Part shown: one piece after another, positions 47,109 through 56,108 of the stretch
Layout of the letters: every line of letters starts with the position of its first letter
Numbering within the stretch: the first letter of the stretch is position 1
NCBI GenBank assembly: GCA_014238855.1
Contig: JABAAH010000008.1
Location: 8,580-72,579 of the forward strand
Direction: 5' to 3'
Length of the DNA stretch: 64,000 nucleotides
From: Planctomycetota bacterium
Lineage (GTDB): Bacteria > Planctomycetota > Planctomycetia > Pirellulales > UBA1268
Program-made: the position numbers and the translations under genes
Notes under the pieces: model-generated
Databases searched by the model: none
The model's input: only the letters and a program-made list of their open reading frames with translations
Told to the model about the DNA's origin: nothing

Positions 47109-50100
47109 CTACAAACCACCTTGAATTTTTATCCCAGGCTGCAATGGTCGACTCGCTGTCCGGCGAGATTTAGACTTTTCCAGTCGCTGCGACTGTAGCT
47201 TTTGTATTGCTGCGGCAAGTGTCGGAAATGCCTCAGTTGAAAGCTCGGGTGAATCGAGAGAGCCGTCAACGTGCAAAAGAAGAAATTGACCGCTAGCTCC
47301 ACCAAGCATTCGCTTCATTGCTGGAAGTTGTTCTTCTGCATCTCCCATTATTGATCGGAATATCATCTGAACATCACCATCAAAGCCGACCTCCCCGTTT
47401 CCGACGAGGCTAATTGCGTCACCTGATAGCTCGATTTCATCAAGATAAGCATGAGGGCCAGCAATACGAAACTGTATAAAACTTGACCCAAAAGCACTTC
47501 GGTCAGGTGCTTTCACGCGAAGCATTTTAAGCATAGCTACGACGAGAGGAAGTTCGTAGACGTCCGCATCACGCAGCCGCAACTGACCATGGCCACGTAA
47601 AGAATGAGTCCCAGCGCGAGTGCCGCTAATCTCAACTGACCCGAAGACCCGTCCTTTAAATCTGTGAGGTGTCCCTCTAGAATCGCAAGCAATTCTCTCA
47701 AGATCTGCATCCACAAGAGATGCTGCGACCGTGAATCCGCCAAGCCCGGAGGAAGATGCCATACCATCGACCTCTATCTTCCCGCCAGCGATCTTCGCAG
47801 TAAGTCGCCTTGGTGTCATACCATCTGACACTGTCATTGCGCCAAACCGCACTCCAGACTGATCCATGAGAATAGGGCCTCTCACCTGAGTTAGCTGAAC
47901 CCCTTGCCAAATTGCACTATCGAGATCTATTTCTCCATTAGCAGACCATCTTTGTCCGTCTGTACTCCCACGAAGACTCAGACCTCCGTGCACATTATTG
48001 AGTGCTACGCCTACGTCAAAACACCCTTGCTCTACATCAAGATGACAATTCCAAGAAGCTGCACAACGACGCTTTTCTGATTTTTCTTGTTCGACATTCG
48101 TCGAATAAATATCGAGACTACCATCGATTGAGAGTAAGCCATTGGGGCCTACCGTAGATAATGCTTCCTGCATGCCATCAGGCAAGGCACGTAGCAATTC
48201 GTGGTCAGCCCTAAACCGATCCGCCGACAAATGGGAAAGGGACACATGCCAGCTTCCATCAGGGAGAAAACGGCAATTCCCTTCGGTAGAGACAGTTGTC
48301 CTCGCATGAACACCTCGCCAGCCACCTAGCTGAAGGAGACCATTATTCCAAGTAAGCTTTCCTTGCAGCTGCTCCAAGCGATACGGAAACCAAACCGGTT
48401 CAATTGATACTGTATTCGCATGGGGAGTTGCATCCAGAACAACCTCTGTCTTCTGTTGTCCAACGATGTGTTTTACAGTTGCGACAAAGTCTGCTTTCCC
48501 CCGTGGCGCAAGGTCGTCCCAGAATCCCCTTATGCCAACAGGAAGAGCATCACGCAATTCTTGATCGAGAACAACTTCACTACCAGCTAATTCAAGAGTG
48601 AGCACGCCCCGCTCTCCAGAACGACGATCAAGGTGACCAGAGCATTTTATAATGCCGGTATCATTTCGACCTGTTATTCCTGTGAGAGTCCAATTGTCTC
48701 CGCTCATGAAGACCGACCCCTGTACACTCGTTAAAGGATACGGAAATCTTACATCTTTAAGAGTACAATCGAGAAGTTTGATATCGAGTGAATTAAAGTG
48801 GCCTTTAGGAAATTCAGGAGAACGATCCTGACGAAAGACAAAATCGAATGTTCCACTTGCATGGAGACGTTCTAGTATTTCTGCTCCTCGAGCCGGCATT
48901 GCAGTTAACAATCGTTCATCGAGCGGCATTTCTCGCCCACGAACCTCAATATGCCCAATCGAACCAGCATCGGTCAGCTGCATTTGCCCATTAACCTGCA
49001 CAGGATTCCCGCCAGCCTGCCCTGTCAAATGCATTGTGAGTTGTTTGTTGTTGAGAATCACAGTCCCGACTGTCCTATCGAGACGGTAAGGAAATCGATA
49101 ATGAGTCAATGAAACATTACGACACCGCAGCGATACTTTGGGTATCGTACAACCATTTTTTCGCTGCACTTCGGCACGAAGATCAACTTCTCCTTCTGGA
49201 AGAAGTTTTTGCCAGTGACCTTGTAAATCCGGTGGTATAAATGGCTGCCATTGCCTACCTACTATGAGCTGCTCAGCTTCGAGAAGGCCTTCATAATCAG
49301 ACTGCTCTGACCACCCTTCAACCTTCAAAGAGCCTTGAAACTGCGATCCGCCCGACCGAGCAACAATAGACTGCACTTCGAACCCAGTTTGACTTGCAAT
49401 AAAATCTGCGGAAATATCAGCCAACGGGAAAGGCAACTGCTTATGTGCAAAACGCCCATCACTCACGTTGCCACGAACCTCGAATATCGTGTCAGCAAGA
49501 TTGTCCATCGACCCGCTGGCAGACAGCGAGAAAGAAAGCTGCATACTCAGACTATCGACGGATTCACTCCACCACCTGTTTTCCGTTAGTTGCTCGGGGA
49601 AAAGAACAAACAGTTGTGGCTGAAAATCAAGCCCCCGGAGTGAAGCCTCCAACTCAAACCGCTTGGCAGAGAGAGAAACGGCTCCGGTAACCGTTAACTG
49701 CTCGACCGTCTGACCACTAAGAGTAAAACGTAACGTTGACCATGTCGTTCCTTGGTTATCAGTTGCAGGTTCTAATTCCAGCCGACCTTGCTGGAATGTC
49801 TCTTGGAAAGAGGTCTCGGCATCTTCGTATAGTATTGTGGCTGCTTCAACAGAGACTGGGATCGTGACATTTGATGTTGAATTCCCAAGTAGTTTTTCAA
49901 CGTTCCAACTACCATCTTTAAAATGCACCGCATGTACTGTTGGCCGAACTACTCTGACAGAATCGATTTCCGGCTGTCCTAGTGCAAGAGTAGCTAAGGT
50001 GGCATCGCATGCGAGATGAACTTCATCAACTCGTAAAATTTGCTGCCAATTTACGGGCATGGTTTTATCGATAAGTGACAATCCATGAATTACTATTTCT

Positions 50101-50303
50101 TTGCCGGGATCAATACGTGCCTGCTGCACATCGACCTCTAGATTTGGAAACCGCTCAGCAAGAACATTCTCAACATGCGCGCAAATCTCTTCATTAATGC
50201 GGCTCGTGCCAACAGCTATAGCTGCTACAACTCCAGCAAATGTAATTGGGATAGCCCAACGGACGAGCAACCAGAGCAAGTCTGAGAGACTGTTCACACG
50301 CAA
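47109..50303 (-). CDS. large N-terminally anchored beta-rich envelope protein, AsmA/TamB/YhdP-like (tentative)
   Basis: 1064 aa with a TTG start. It has a single N-terminal TM (LLWLLVRWAIPITFAGVVAAIAVG) and a long repetitive beta-strand-like sequence. The C-terminal block (IAGPHAYLDEIELSGDAISLVGNGEVGFDGDVQMIF) resembles AsmA-like C-termini. I assigned the family from memory, without a profile search. Confidence 0.5.
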   Translation of the reverse strand: MRVNSLSDLLWLLVRWAIPITFAGVVAAIAVGTSRINEEICAHVENVLAERFPNLEVDVQQARIDPGKEIVIHGLSLIDKTMPVNWQQILRVDEVHLACDATLATLALGQPEIDSVRVVRPTVHAVHFKDGSWNVEKLLGNSTSNVTIPVSVEAATILYEDAETSFQETFQQGRLELEPATDNQGTTWSTLRFTLSGQTVEQLTVTGAVSLSAKRFELEASLRGLDFQPQLFVLFPEQLTENRWWSESVDSLSMQLSFSLSASGSMDNLADTIFEVRGNVSDGRFAHKQLPFPLADISADFIASQTGFEVQSIVARSGGSQFQGSLKVEGWSEQSDYEGLLEAEQLIVGRQWQPFIPPDLQGHWQKLLPEGEVDLRAEVQRKNGCTIPKVSLRCRNVSLTHYRFPYRLDRTVGTVILNNKQLTMHLTGQAGGNPVQVNGQMQLTDAGSIGHIEVRGREMPLDERLLTAMPARGAEILERLHASGTFDFVFRQDRSPEFPKGHFNSLDIKLLDCTLKDVRFPYPLTSVQGSVFMSGDNWTLTGITGRNDTGIIKCSGHLDRRSGERGVLTLELAGSEVVLDQELRDALPVGIRGFWDDLAPRGKADFVATVKHIVGQQKTEVVLDATPHANTVSIEPVWFPYRLEQLQGKLTWNNGLLQLGGWRGVHARTTVSTEGNCRFLPDGSWHVSLSHLSADRFRADHELLRALPDGMQEALSTVGPNGLLSIDGSLDIYSTNVEQEKSEKRRCAASWNCHLDVEQGCFDVGVALNNVHGGLSLRGSTDGQRWSANGEIDLDSAIWQGVQLTQVRGPILMDQSGVRFGAMTVSDGMTPRRLTAKIAGGKIEVDGMASSSGLGGFTVAASLVDADLERIACDSRGTPHRFKGRVFGSVEISGTRAGTHSLRGHGQLRLRDADVYELPLVVAMLKMLRVKAPDRSAFGSSFIQFRIAGPHAYLDEIELSGDAISLVGNGEVGFDGDVQMIFRSIMGDAEEQLPAMKRMLGGASGQFLLLHVDGSLDSPELSTEAFPTLAAAIQKLQSQRLEKSKSRRTASRPLQPGIKIQGGL

Positions 50304-50562
50304 CCCTAAAATTAAAAGTCTGCCGATGTAAGGTAAAGGAAGGGAGACGATAGAAATGACCTCTCCTAGCGGTCAAGACCCCAATGCAGCCACAGAACAC
50401 CCCACCCTTCGCAGACCACAACTACCGACTAAACCCCGCATTCCACGGAGTCGTAGCAGCATCAACAAGCGAAGATACAAAAATCTATTCGAAGAAAAGG
50501 CCATTTCACAGTAATGAGCACTCTTTAGCGATGGATCAGGCGAAAAACATGGACTAGACCTG

Positions 50563-51594
50563 TCATTCTTGCTGGATTGAGACACCACCGGCTAGGAGAC
50601 GGGCACGGATTCCACCTGGTAAATCGACTGCATTTGGAACAGGCGGACCTTTGAAAACACCATAAAAAATCATCTCGGTCAATTGATTTAGATGTTTGCT
50701 AGAAAGTTCCTGACGTGGCCAACCTTTTCTTTTCCAAATTTCAATCAATGTTTCGGGCACAATGCTGCAGTCATCGCCGAGCCCCTTCTGGTGAATCAGT
50801 ATTTTTCCATCATTTTTTTGCTCAACACTTTTTTCAATCACTGCGTCTATTTTTTGCAAGCGAGACGACATTTCTGCACTCGCCTGCTCTCCAAATCTCA
50901 CCAGAGCCTCGACAGCAGCGGGATAAGGACCGCTTTCAACCTCTGCAAGCACTCGGTGACGAAGAAAGTTCCTTGCAAAATAAAGCTGTTTATTCGACTC
51001 ATCCTCCCGCCAATTTTGCCCAATGGCCTGAAGGAAATCCCGTGCCTGTTGCCTTCTGGTATGTAACAAAGGGCGAACAAGACTCACCCCTTCACTAAGC
51101 TCACGTGTCGCGGGCATGCCCGCGACACCGCCGAGGCCCGTCCCTCGCAAGAGACGATGTAAAATTGTCTCCGCCTGATCATCGCGGGTATGTCCTACGG
51201 CGACATGACGTGCACCAATTTCAAACGCTAGTTGTGTAAAAAACTCATATCGGAGACGTCTTGCTAAAGCTTCAGTGCCATCACCTTGCTGTACCCTCGG
51301 GGCACTCCGAACACAAACTTTCTTCCAGTAACAAGAAAATCCAAGTTGCTCAGCATGCTGAACAACAAACTTTCGATCACGACTTGCTTCTGCACGAAGA
51401 TCATATTCAACATGTGCTACAAATACCGTTGCGTTTTTTTCCCCTCGCGAAAGTTCCGCCAAACTATGCAAGAGAGCTAGACTATCCGCCCCACCAGAAA
51501 CGCCAACAATAATTGGCTGCCGCCAATCCCAACTTGATGGCAGCCCACGAGAAACTTCCTCGGAAAATTCTGAAAGGTTTTTGTTGTTACTCAT
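50563..51594 (-). CDS. tilS: tRNA(Ile)-lysidine synthase
   Basis: It has the PP-loop IIVGVSGGADSLALL and then GHTRDDQAET. I prefer the ATG at 51594 over the TTG at 51615. Confidence 0.85.
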   Translation of the reverse strand: MSNNKNLSEFSEEVSRGLPSSWDWRQPIIVGVSGGADSLALLHSLAELSRGEKNATVFVAHVEYDLRAEASRDRKFVVQHAEQLGFSCYWKKVCVRSAPRVQQGDGTEALARRLRYEFFTQLAFEIGARHVAVGHTRDDQAETILHRLLRGTGLGGVAGMPATRELSEGVSLVRPLLHTRRQQARDFLQAIGQNWREDESNKQLYFARNFLRHRVLAEVESGPYPAAVEALVRFGEQASAEMSSRLQKIDAVIEKSVEQKNDGKILIHQKGLGDDCSIVPETLIEIWKRKGWPRQELSSKHLNQLTEMIFYGVFKGPPVPNAVDLPGGIRARLLAGGVSIQQE

Positions 51595-51830
51595 TACCAA
51601 ACGCTTAGAAGCCAAATAGAAACGTAGCTAGTATGGCTATACGGCATAATCGCTACTCAAAACCTCCTCTTTTCTCCATCCTACCACTCTAAACAAAAAT
51701 CGCTGTGGGACACCACTTCAAAGCAGTCAATCACTATGTTCATCAACGAACTGACGTTGAGGTTGAAGAAGTTTTCTCGTTAGCCTCTCTTCGTTAATGT
51801 AACACTGAGATCTCTCACCGAGGAAATGCC

Positions 51831-52487
51831 ATGAAATCACTATCCAGACGTATGTTCAATCAGGTTGTCTGGATTTTCGTTTTAAGTGGCGGACTTCTTT
51901 TTGCCACAAGCGGTTGTTCTACTGTGCTGACGGTTGCCTATCTGTTCCACCCAGAAGATGTGCCCGCTGAATACAATGAACTTCGCGGAAAACATGTGGT
52001 TATTGTTTGCAAGCCAATTGTGGAGCTTGAATTTACAGATGCTGGAACCGCCCGTGAACTTGCAGATCGCATTGGTGCAAACATTCGTGAAAACGTTCGT
52101 GGCGTGAAAATCATAAGTCAACAGGAAGTATCACGATGGATTGATGAAAATGCTTGGGTCGACTACGCAACGCTTGGAGAGGCTGTTGATGCTGACATTG
52201 TTGTTGGGATCGACCTCGACCACTTCTCCCTACATGAAGGATCGACGCTATACCGTGGGAGAACAACGATCCATATGCAGGTCCACGATGTCAAGGAAGA
52301 CCTTATCGTGTTTGACAAGAGAATGGATGATTTCACATTCCCAGGAGACAGCGCCATCCCAACTGCGGATCAGTCCGAGCAGCAGTTCCGTGGCCTCTTT
52401 CTACGAATTCTATCAAGCCGCCTCGCACGATGCTTTTACGCCTATGAAAGCCGAGATCATTTCGCCGAGGAAAACCTGATTTATTAA
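51831..52487 (+). CDS. hypothetical lipoprotein-like protein
   Basis: Its signal sequence ends in the lipobox-like LFATSGC. 218 aa, no known motif. Confidence 0.5.
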   Translation: MKSLSRRMFNQVVWIFVLSGGLLFATSGCSTVLTVAYLFHPEDVPAEYNELRGKHVVIVCKPIVELEFTDAGTARELADRIGANIRENVRGVKIISQQEVSRWIDENAWVDYATLGEAVDADIVVGIDLDHFSLHEGSTLYRGRTTIHMQVHDVKEDLIVFDKRMDDFTFPGDSAIPTADQSEQQFRGLFLRILSSRLARCFYAYESRDHFAEENLIY

Positions 52488-52488
52488 G

Positions 52489-52529
52489 CAGGAGTGAAAA
52501 TCTCCTGTCCGAAAACAGGTCTCTGTTTT
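52489..52529. terminator. cluster of overlapping hairpins between convergent genes (caggag-7-ctcctg; cctgt-6-acagg; aaaacag-4-ctgtttt)
   Basis: Read directly. It lies between the lipoprotein stop (52487) and the vWA gene stop (52613). Confidence 0.4.
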
Positions 52530-52612
52530 GCGATGAGACCTCCACTGCACGCTTTTTCTTTTTGAATTATTTGTCAATGCAGAAGAAAAGTGAACCGTAG
52601 ACACAACACTGC

Positions 52613-54661
52613 TCAGATACGTTTCAAGTTACGCTTTGGCATCGGCGGTCCAAGAGACTTGGGCTTATCATCACGCGGCATAGGCCTGTTGTTATTACCT
52701 GGCGGCCGTGGTTTTGGAGGATTATTGATGCCTGTATGACTCTCATCCCATGCGTATCCCAATGGCTGTTTGAACTCACGCTCAGCCAGAAATGCCCACG
52801 GCGTCCCAGCGTGATCTTCAATAACACGTTGCAGATATACTTTCGCTTGATCAGCGAATTTCTCAGTTCGTGAACCTACATTGACTACATCACTTGGTCG
52901 TAATACCCATGTATCACTTTGGGGCCTTTCAAATTGCATACCTGCCTTCGCTCTTGCGAGCATCAGGTTGTATGCGTCTGTTCGCACTTTCATTGCCAAG
53001 ATTCGACCCATCGCCAAGTCAAACCCTGCTTTCCACCGTTCTTCCTGAATACGGTCTCTATCTGGCAGGCCTCTCAAGAGTTGACCGTAAATCACATCGA
53101 TTCTCGGCTGCAATACGGCTGCGCTTCTTTGGGCCAAGGAAAGTAGATTAGCCAACTCAGCTTCACTTTTTTTGGGAAAAACAGTCTCTGGAGAAGTCAT
53201 AGGCTTCAGATTCGTTGCTGCTGCTGCCATAACAAGTGCTTGCTTTGCTGCATTAGATGATATGTTCTGTTTTAACTTTGTTGCCGATAGATAATCCGGC
53301 TGATAATCACTGAGTAACTCTGGGTCGAAAAAATATCGAATCCGCGAAGACATTGGCGATGTCGCTCGGTCATTCACACGGCCTCGCACATTTCGATTTG
53401 CATGAACAGCGATATACACACCACCTGTCTGATAACAAATTTTCGACAAGCTAAATGGACCAAAACCTGAATCTATTGCCTCGTTTGAAAAAGCATTCTC
53501 ACCAACTTGTATCGACTCTGGGAATAATGTTTCTGGCCCCTGCTCTACAACGGCCCAATCCTCTACCGACGCGTAAGACGGATCAAACTCAACGTATTTC
53601 ATTTCAATAAATCGTTGTCCAAAAGGTGCCGGCACACCAACAACACATACCGAAACGCCTAGCCGCCGACAGATAATCGCAACCTGATCTGCAAGAACTT
53701 GATCATCACCGACCTCGTCCGTAAAAACCACAATCATTTTACTTGAGCGACCAATTCGTCGAGTCGCATTCAGTCGCTCCGCAGCGGCACGAATAGCAGT
53801 AAATGTTTTTTCAACACCGCTATTATCGATTTCGATCCCCTGAATCGCTTCAACAACTTCATTAGAAACACGAGTTGGCTTATTCACAATAAATTGGAAG
53901 CGTTGACCATATGCCAGAACAAGGTTTGTCAAACCGTCGGGTGCATCCCCTTGATCATTCAGGCTTAACTCACGAAAGACTCGTTTCAACCGACTTGCTA
54001 TTTCTTGCCGCTGGCCTGCAAGACTTACGGATTGATCAAAGACCCAGCACACAGTCGTCGGGGCATCTTCAAGGGAGCGGGCTATCTCAAGGCTTAGACG
54101 ATCGACTGCGCCAGCGGTTCCCGTCGCGGCCACACCAACATTCACGCCGACGATGGTCTCAATAAGTTGATCAACTTCGTTTGGACCCATAGATTCAAAA
54201 CTGACGGGCTCAATGCGTGCAATATCACTTAGCAGCGCACTCGGCATGGGTGGAACGAAAGAAACATCGGCCTTCGTTGATGAAATTGCTTCCGCAACCG
54301 TCACGCCTCGTTCACTCAATGCACCAAGTTCCTTTAAGTCTTCATCAGAAACTTCTAACTCTTCCGGCTTAAATACAAACTCTGGCTCTGGCTCTTGAAT
54401 TGGTTGCTCAATCCGAATTGCCGGAGCATGAACGATCTGAGGATCGAGAGTAATACCCGCTAGACAAAGCAACACCGCACCGTGTAGAGCAAGGCTTATT
54501 AACCAGCTGAACCGACCCTTTTGCTTTCTGAGCAGGTTTTCTTTTACAACGCCGGGAACTGGTGGCGGCAAAATATCGTTTTGTGACGACGTGGAATGGC
54601 ACAAAGACTGCGATGTTGAGCACTTGCTTGCCGATGATAAAAAATCACTGGAATGCATCAC
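52613..54661 (-). CDS. membrane-anchored von Willebrand factor type A (vWA) domain protein
   Basis: It has an N-terminal TM (WLISLALHGAVLLCLAGI), a MIDAS-like DxSxS (VFDQSVSLAG) and a later VVFTDEVGDD. The long C-terminal region is unassigned. Confidence 0.65.
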   Translation of the reverse strand: MMHSSDFLSSASKCSTSQSLCHSTSSQNDILPPPVPGVVKENLLRKQKGRFSWLISLALHGAVLLCLAGITLDPQIVHAPAIRIEQPIQEPEPEFVFKPEELEVSDEDLKELGALSERGVTVAEAISSTKADVSFVPPMPSALLSDIARIEPVSFESMGPNEVDQLIETIVGVNVGVAATGTAGAVDRLSLEIARSLEDAPTTVCWVFDQSVSLAGQRQEIASRLKRVFRELSLNDQGDAPDGLTNLVLAYGQRFQFIVNKPTRVSNEVVEAIQGIEIDNSGVEKTFTAIRAAAERLNATRRIGRSSKMIVVFTDEVGDDQVLADQVAIICRRLGVSVCVVGVPAPFGQRFIEMKYVEFDPSYASVEDWAVVEQGPETLFPESIQVGENAFSNEAIDSGFGPFSLSKICYQTGGVYIAVHANRNVRGRVNDRATSPMSSRIRYFFDPELLSDYQPDYLSATKLKQNISSNAAKQALVMAAAATNLKPMTSPETVFPKKSEAELANLLSLAQRSAAVLQPRIDVIYGQLLRGLPDRDRIQEERWKAGFDLAMGRILAMKVRTDAYNLMLARAKAGMQFERPQSDTWVLRPSDVVNVGSRTEKFADQAKVYLQRVIEDHAGTPWAFLAEREFKQPLGYAWDESHTGINNPPKPRPPGNNNRPMPRDDKPKSLGPPMPKRNLKRI

Positions 54662-54752
54662 AAACTACTTCGTATGAGAAAAGGCAACAATCGCCTCATA
54701 TTTTGATAAATTATAACCTGCCATTTGTGTTATTTCTCTTGGATACGTCCCG

Positions 54753-56042
54753 ATGACCTGCCACGCTCTGAAAAATAAACCATTTAATTGTTATTCCCCG
54801 AATAAGAGACCGAAACAAGGTCATAAGGCTGCACCTCCTTCTGGCCTTGAATTCTACTCCCACAAACCAAAGACATCTGGGAGGCCATCGGCCCGAGAGC
54901 GAGTACTGGCTCTCTTCATCATATTGGCTCTCTGTATCATCATGAATCTTGTTGCCACAACAACAACCCTCGGAGCTGACACCTCACCTGACTCCAAGTC
55001 ACCCTTCGACAAAAAACCTACTGCCTTCTCACCCTTCGACAAAAAACCAACCACTAAATCACCCTTCAACAAAAAACCAACCACTAAATCACCCTTTGAT
55101 AAAAAACCAACTGCTAAATCATCCGTTGACAAAAAACTAACCTCGAAGCCACCGTCCATCGAACGTGTCAGAGAGCTTGAAACATCTGATGGAGTCCGTT
55201 TGGAGTTGGCGTATTATCCACCAAAAGGAAAATTGCTTGCGACAGTCATTCTTGTCCACGATCTCAATGGCTCTGAAAAGACTGTGCGAAGGCTCGCTGC
55301 TGGCTTACAAGAAGCAGGCTGTGCAGTTGCAGTTCCTGACTTGCGAGGACACGGCAACAGTAAAAGCGAGGGCTACGACATTTCAAAGAAAAAACTTCTG
55401 GTACATCAGATACGCATGATTTCTGCAAGTGGCGGCGGCAGAATTCGTAGCCACGCTCGTATAAAGGGTGACCTCGAGGCTGTTCGGAACTGGCTCAAAC
55501 AAAAAGAGTCCGAGGGCGACATCGATCTTGATCAACTTTGCATAATTGGATCTGGACTCGGTGGAACATTGGCTGCAACGTGGGCTGTAGCGGACTGGAG
55601 CTGGCTTCCGAATACCCAAGGCCCACAAGGCCAGCAAGTCAAAGCTGTGATTCTCATCAGTCCTATTTGGGCTGATCAGGGTGTCTCTATGACAAACGCC
55701 CTTGGTGCTCGAACACGTGATGGTCGAGGTGACATCAAACCCTTGCTGGAAGACCTACCAGTCATGATTATTGCCGGAACGAACGACCGACAATCTGAAC
55801 CGCTTTTCAAACGACTCAAAGGAGCTCGTCCTATGAGTTGGTCTCAGGAATCTGCTGACGGAACAAAACAGCAAAGCAAGAGGAAACCTCTGCCAAACCA
55901 AAACAAAACAGGGCCGCTTGTCTTTGAGGAGATCCGATCAAGCCTTCGCGCAGATAAACTTGCATCGCTCCCCTCCGGAAACCGTACTCCACTCCAATTA
56001 TGCGTGCGGTTCATTGATGAAATCTTGTCAGCTAACGACTAA
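54753..56042 (+). CDS. signal-anchored alpha/beta-hydrolase-fold protein with an N-terminal decapeptide repeat array
   Basis: It has VILVHDLNGSEKT and DLRGHGNSKS, but an atypical elbow, IIGSGLGG. The N-terminal region carries five SPFDKKPTxx repeats. Confidence 0.6.
   Translation: MTCHALKNKPFNCYSPNKRPKQGHKAAPPSGLEFYSHKPKTSGRPSARERVLALFIILALCIIMNLVATTTTLGADTSPDSKSPFDKKPTAFSPFDKKPTTKSPFNKKPTTKSPFDKKPTAKSSVDKKLTSKPPSIERVRELETSDGVRLELAYYPPKGKLLATVILVHDLNGSEKTVRRLAAGLQEAGCAVAVPDLRGHGNSKSEGYDISKKKLLVHQIRMISASGGGRIRSHARIKGDLEAVRNWLKQKESEGDIDLDQLCIIGSGLGGTLAATWAVADWSWLPNTQGPQGQQVKAVILISPIWADQGVSMTNALGARTRDGRGDIKPLLEDLPVMIIAGTNDRQSEPLFKRLKGARPMSWSQESADGTKQQSKRKPLPNQNKTGPLVFEEIRSSLRADKLASLPSGNRTPLQLCVRFIDEILSAND
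54999..55148 (+). repeat. 5 x 30-bp in-frame tandem repeat (tcacccttcgacaaaaaacc...)
   Basis: Units at 54999, 55029, 55059, 55089 and 55119. They encode SPFDKKPTAF / SPFDKKPTTK / SPFNKKPTTK / SPFDKKPTAK / SSVDKKLTSK. Confidence 0.9.
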
Positions 56043-56108
56043 TTCATTCATTCGTTGGCCGAAAATGTTTGCAGGGACGCATAAATAGAAATGTTCGTCC
56101 TCCCTGAG

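Noticed and set aside
54999-55148. Possible CRISPR array
   Set aside because: The repeats are directly abutting with no spacers. They are in-frame, inside a coding sequence, and there are no cas genes in the window.
54854-55159. 101-aa antisense ORF with its own peptide repeat (GFLSKGDLVV)
   Set aside because: It is the reverse-complement image of the 30-bp tandem repeat inside the better-supported + strand gene.
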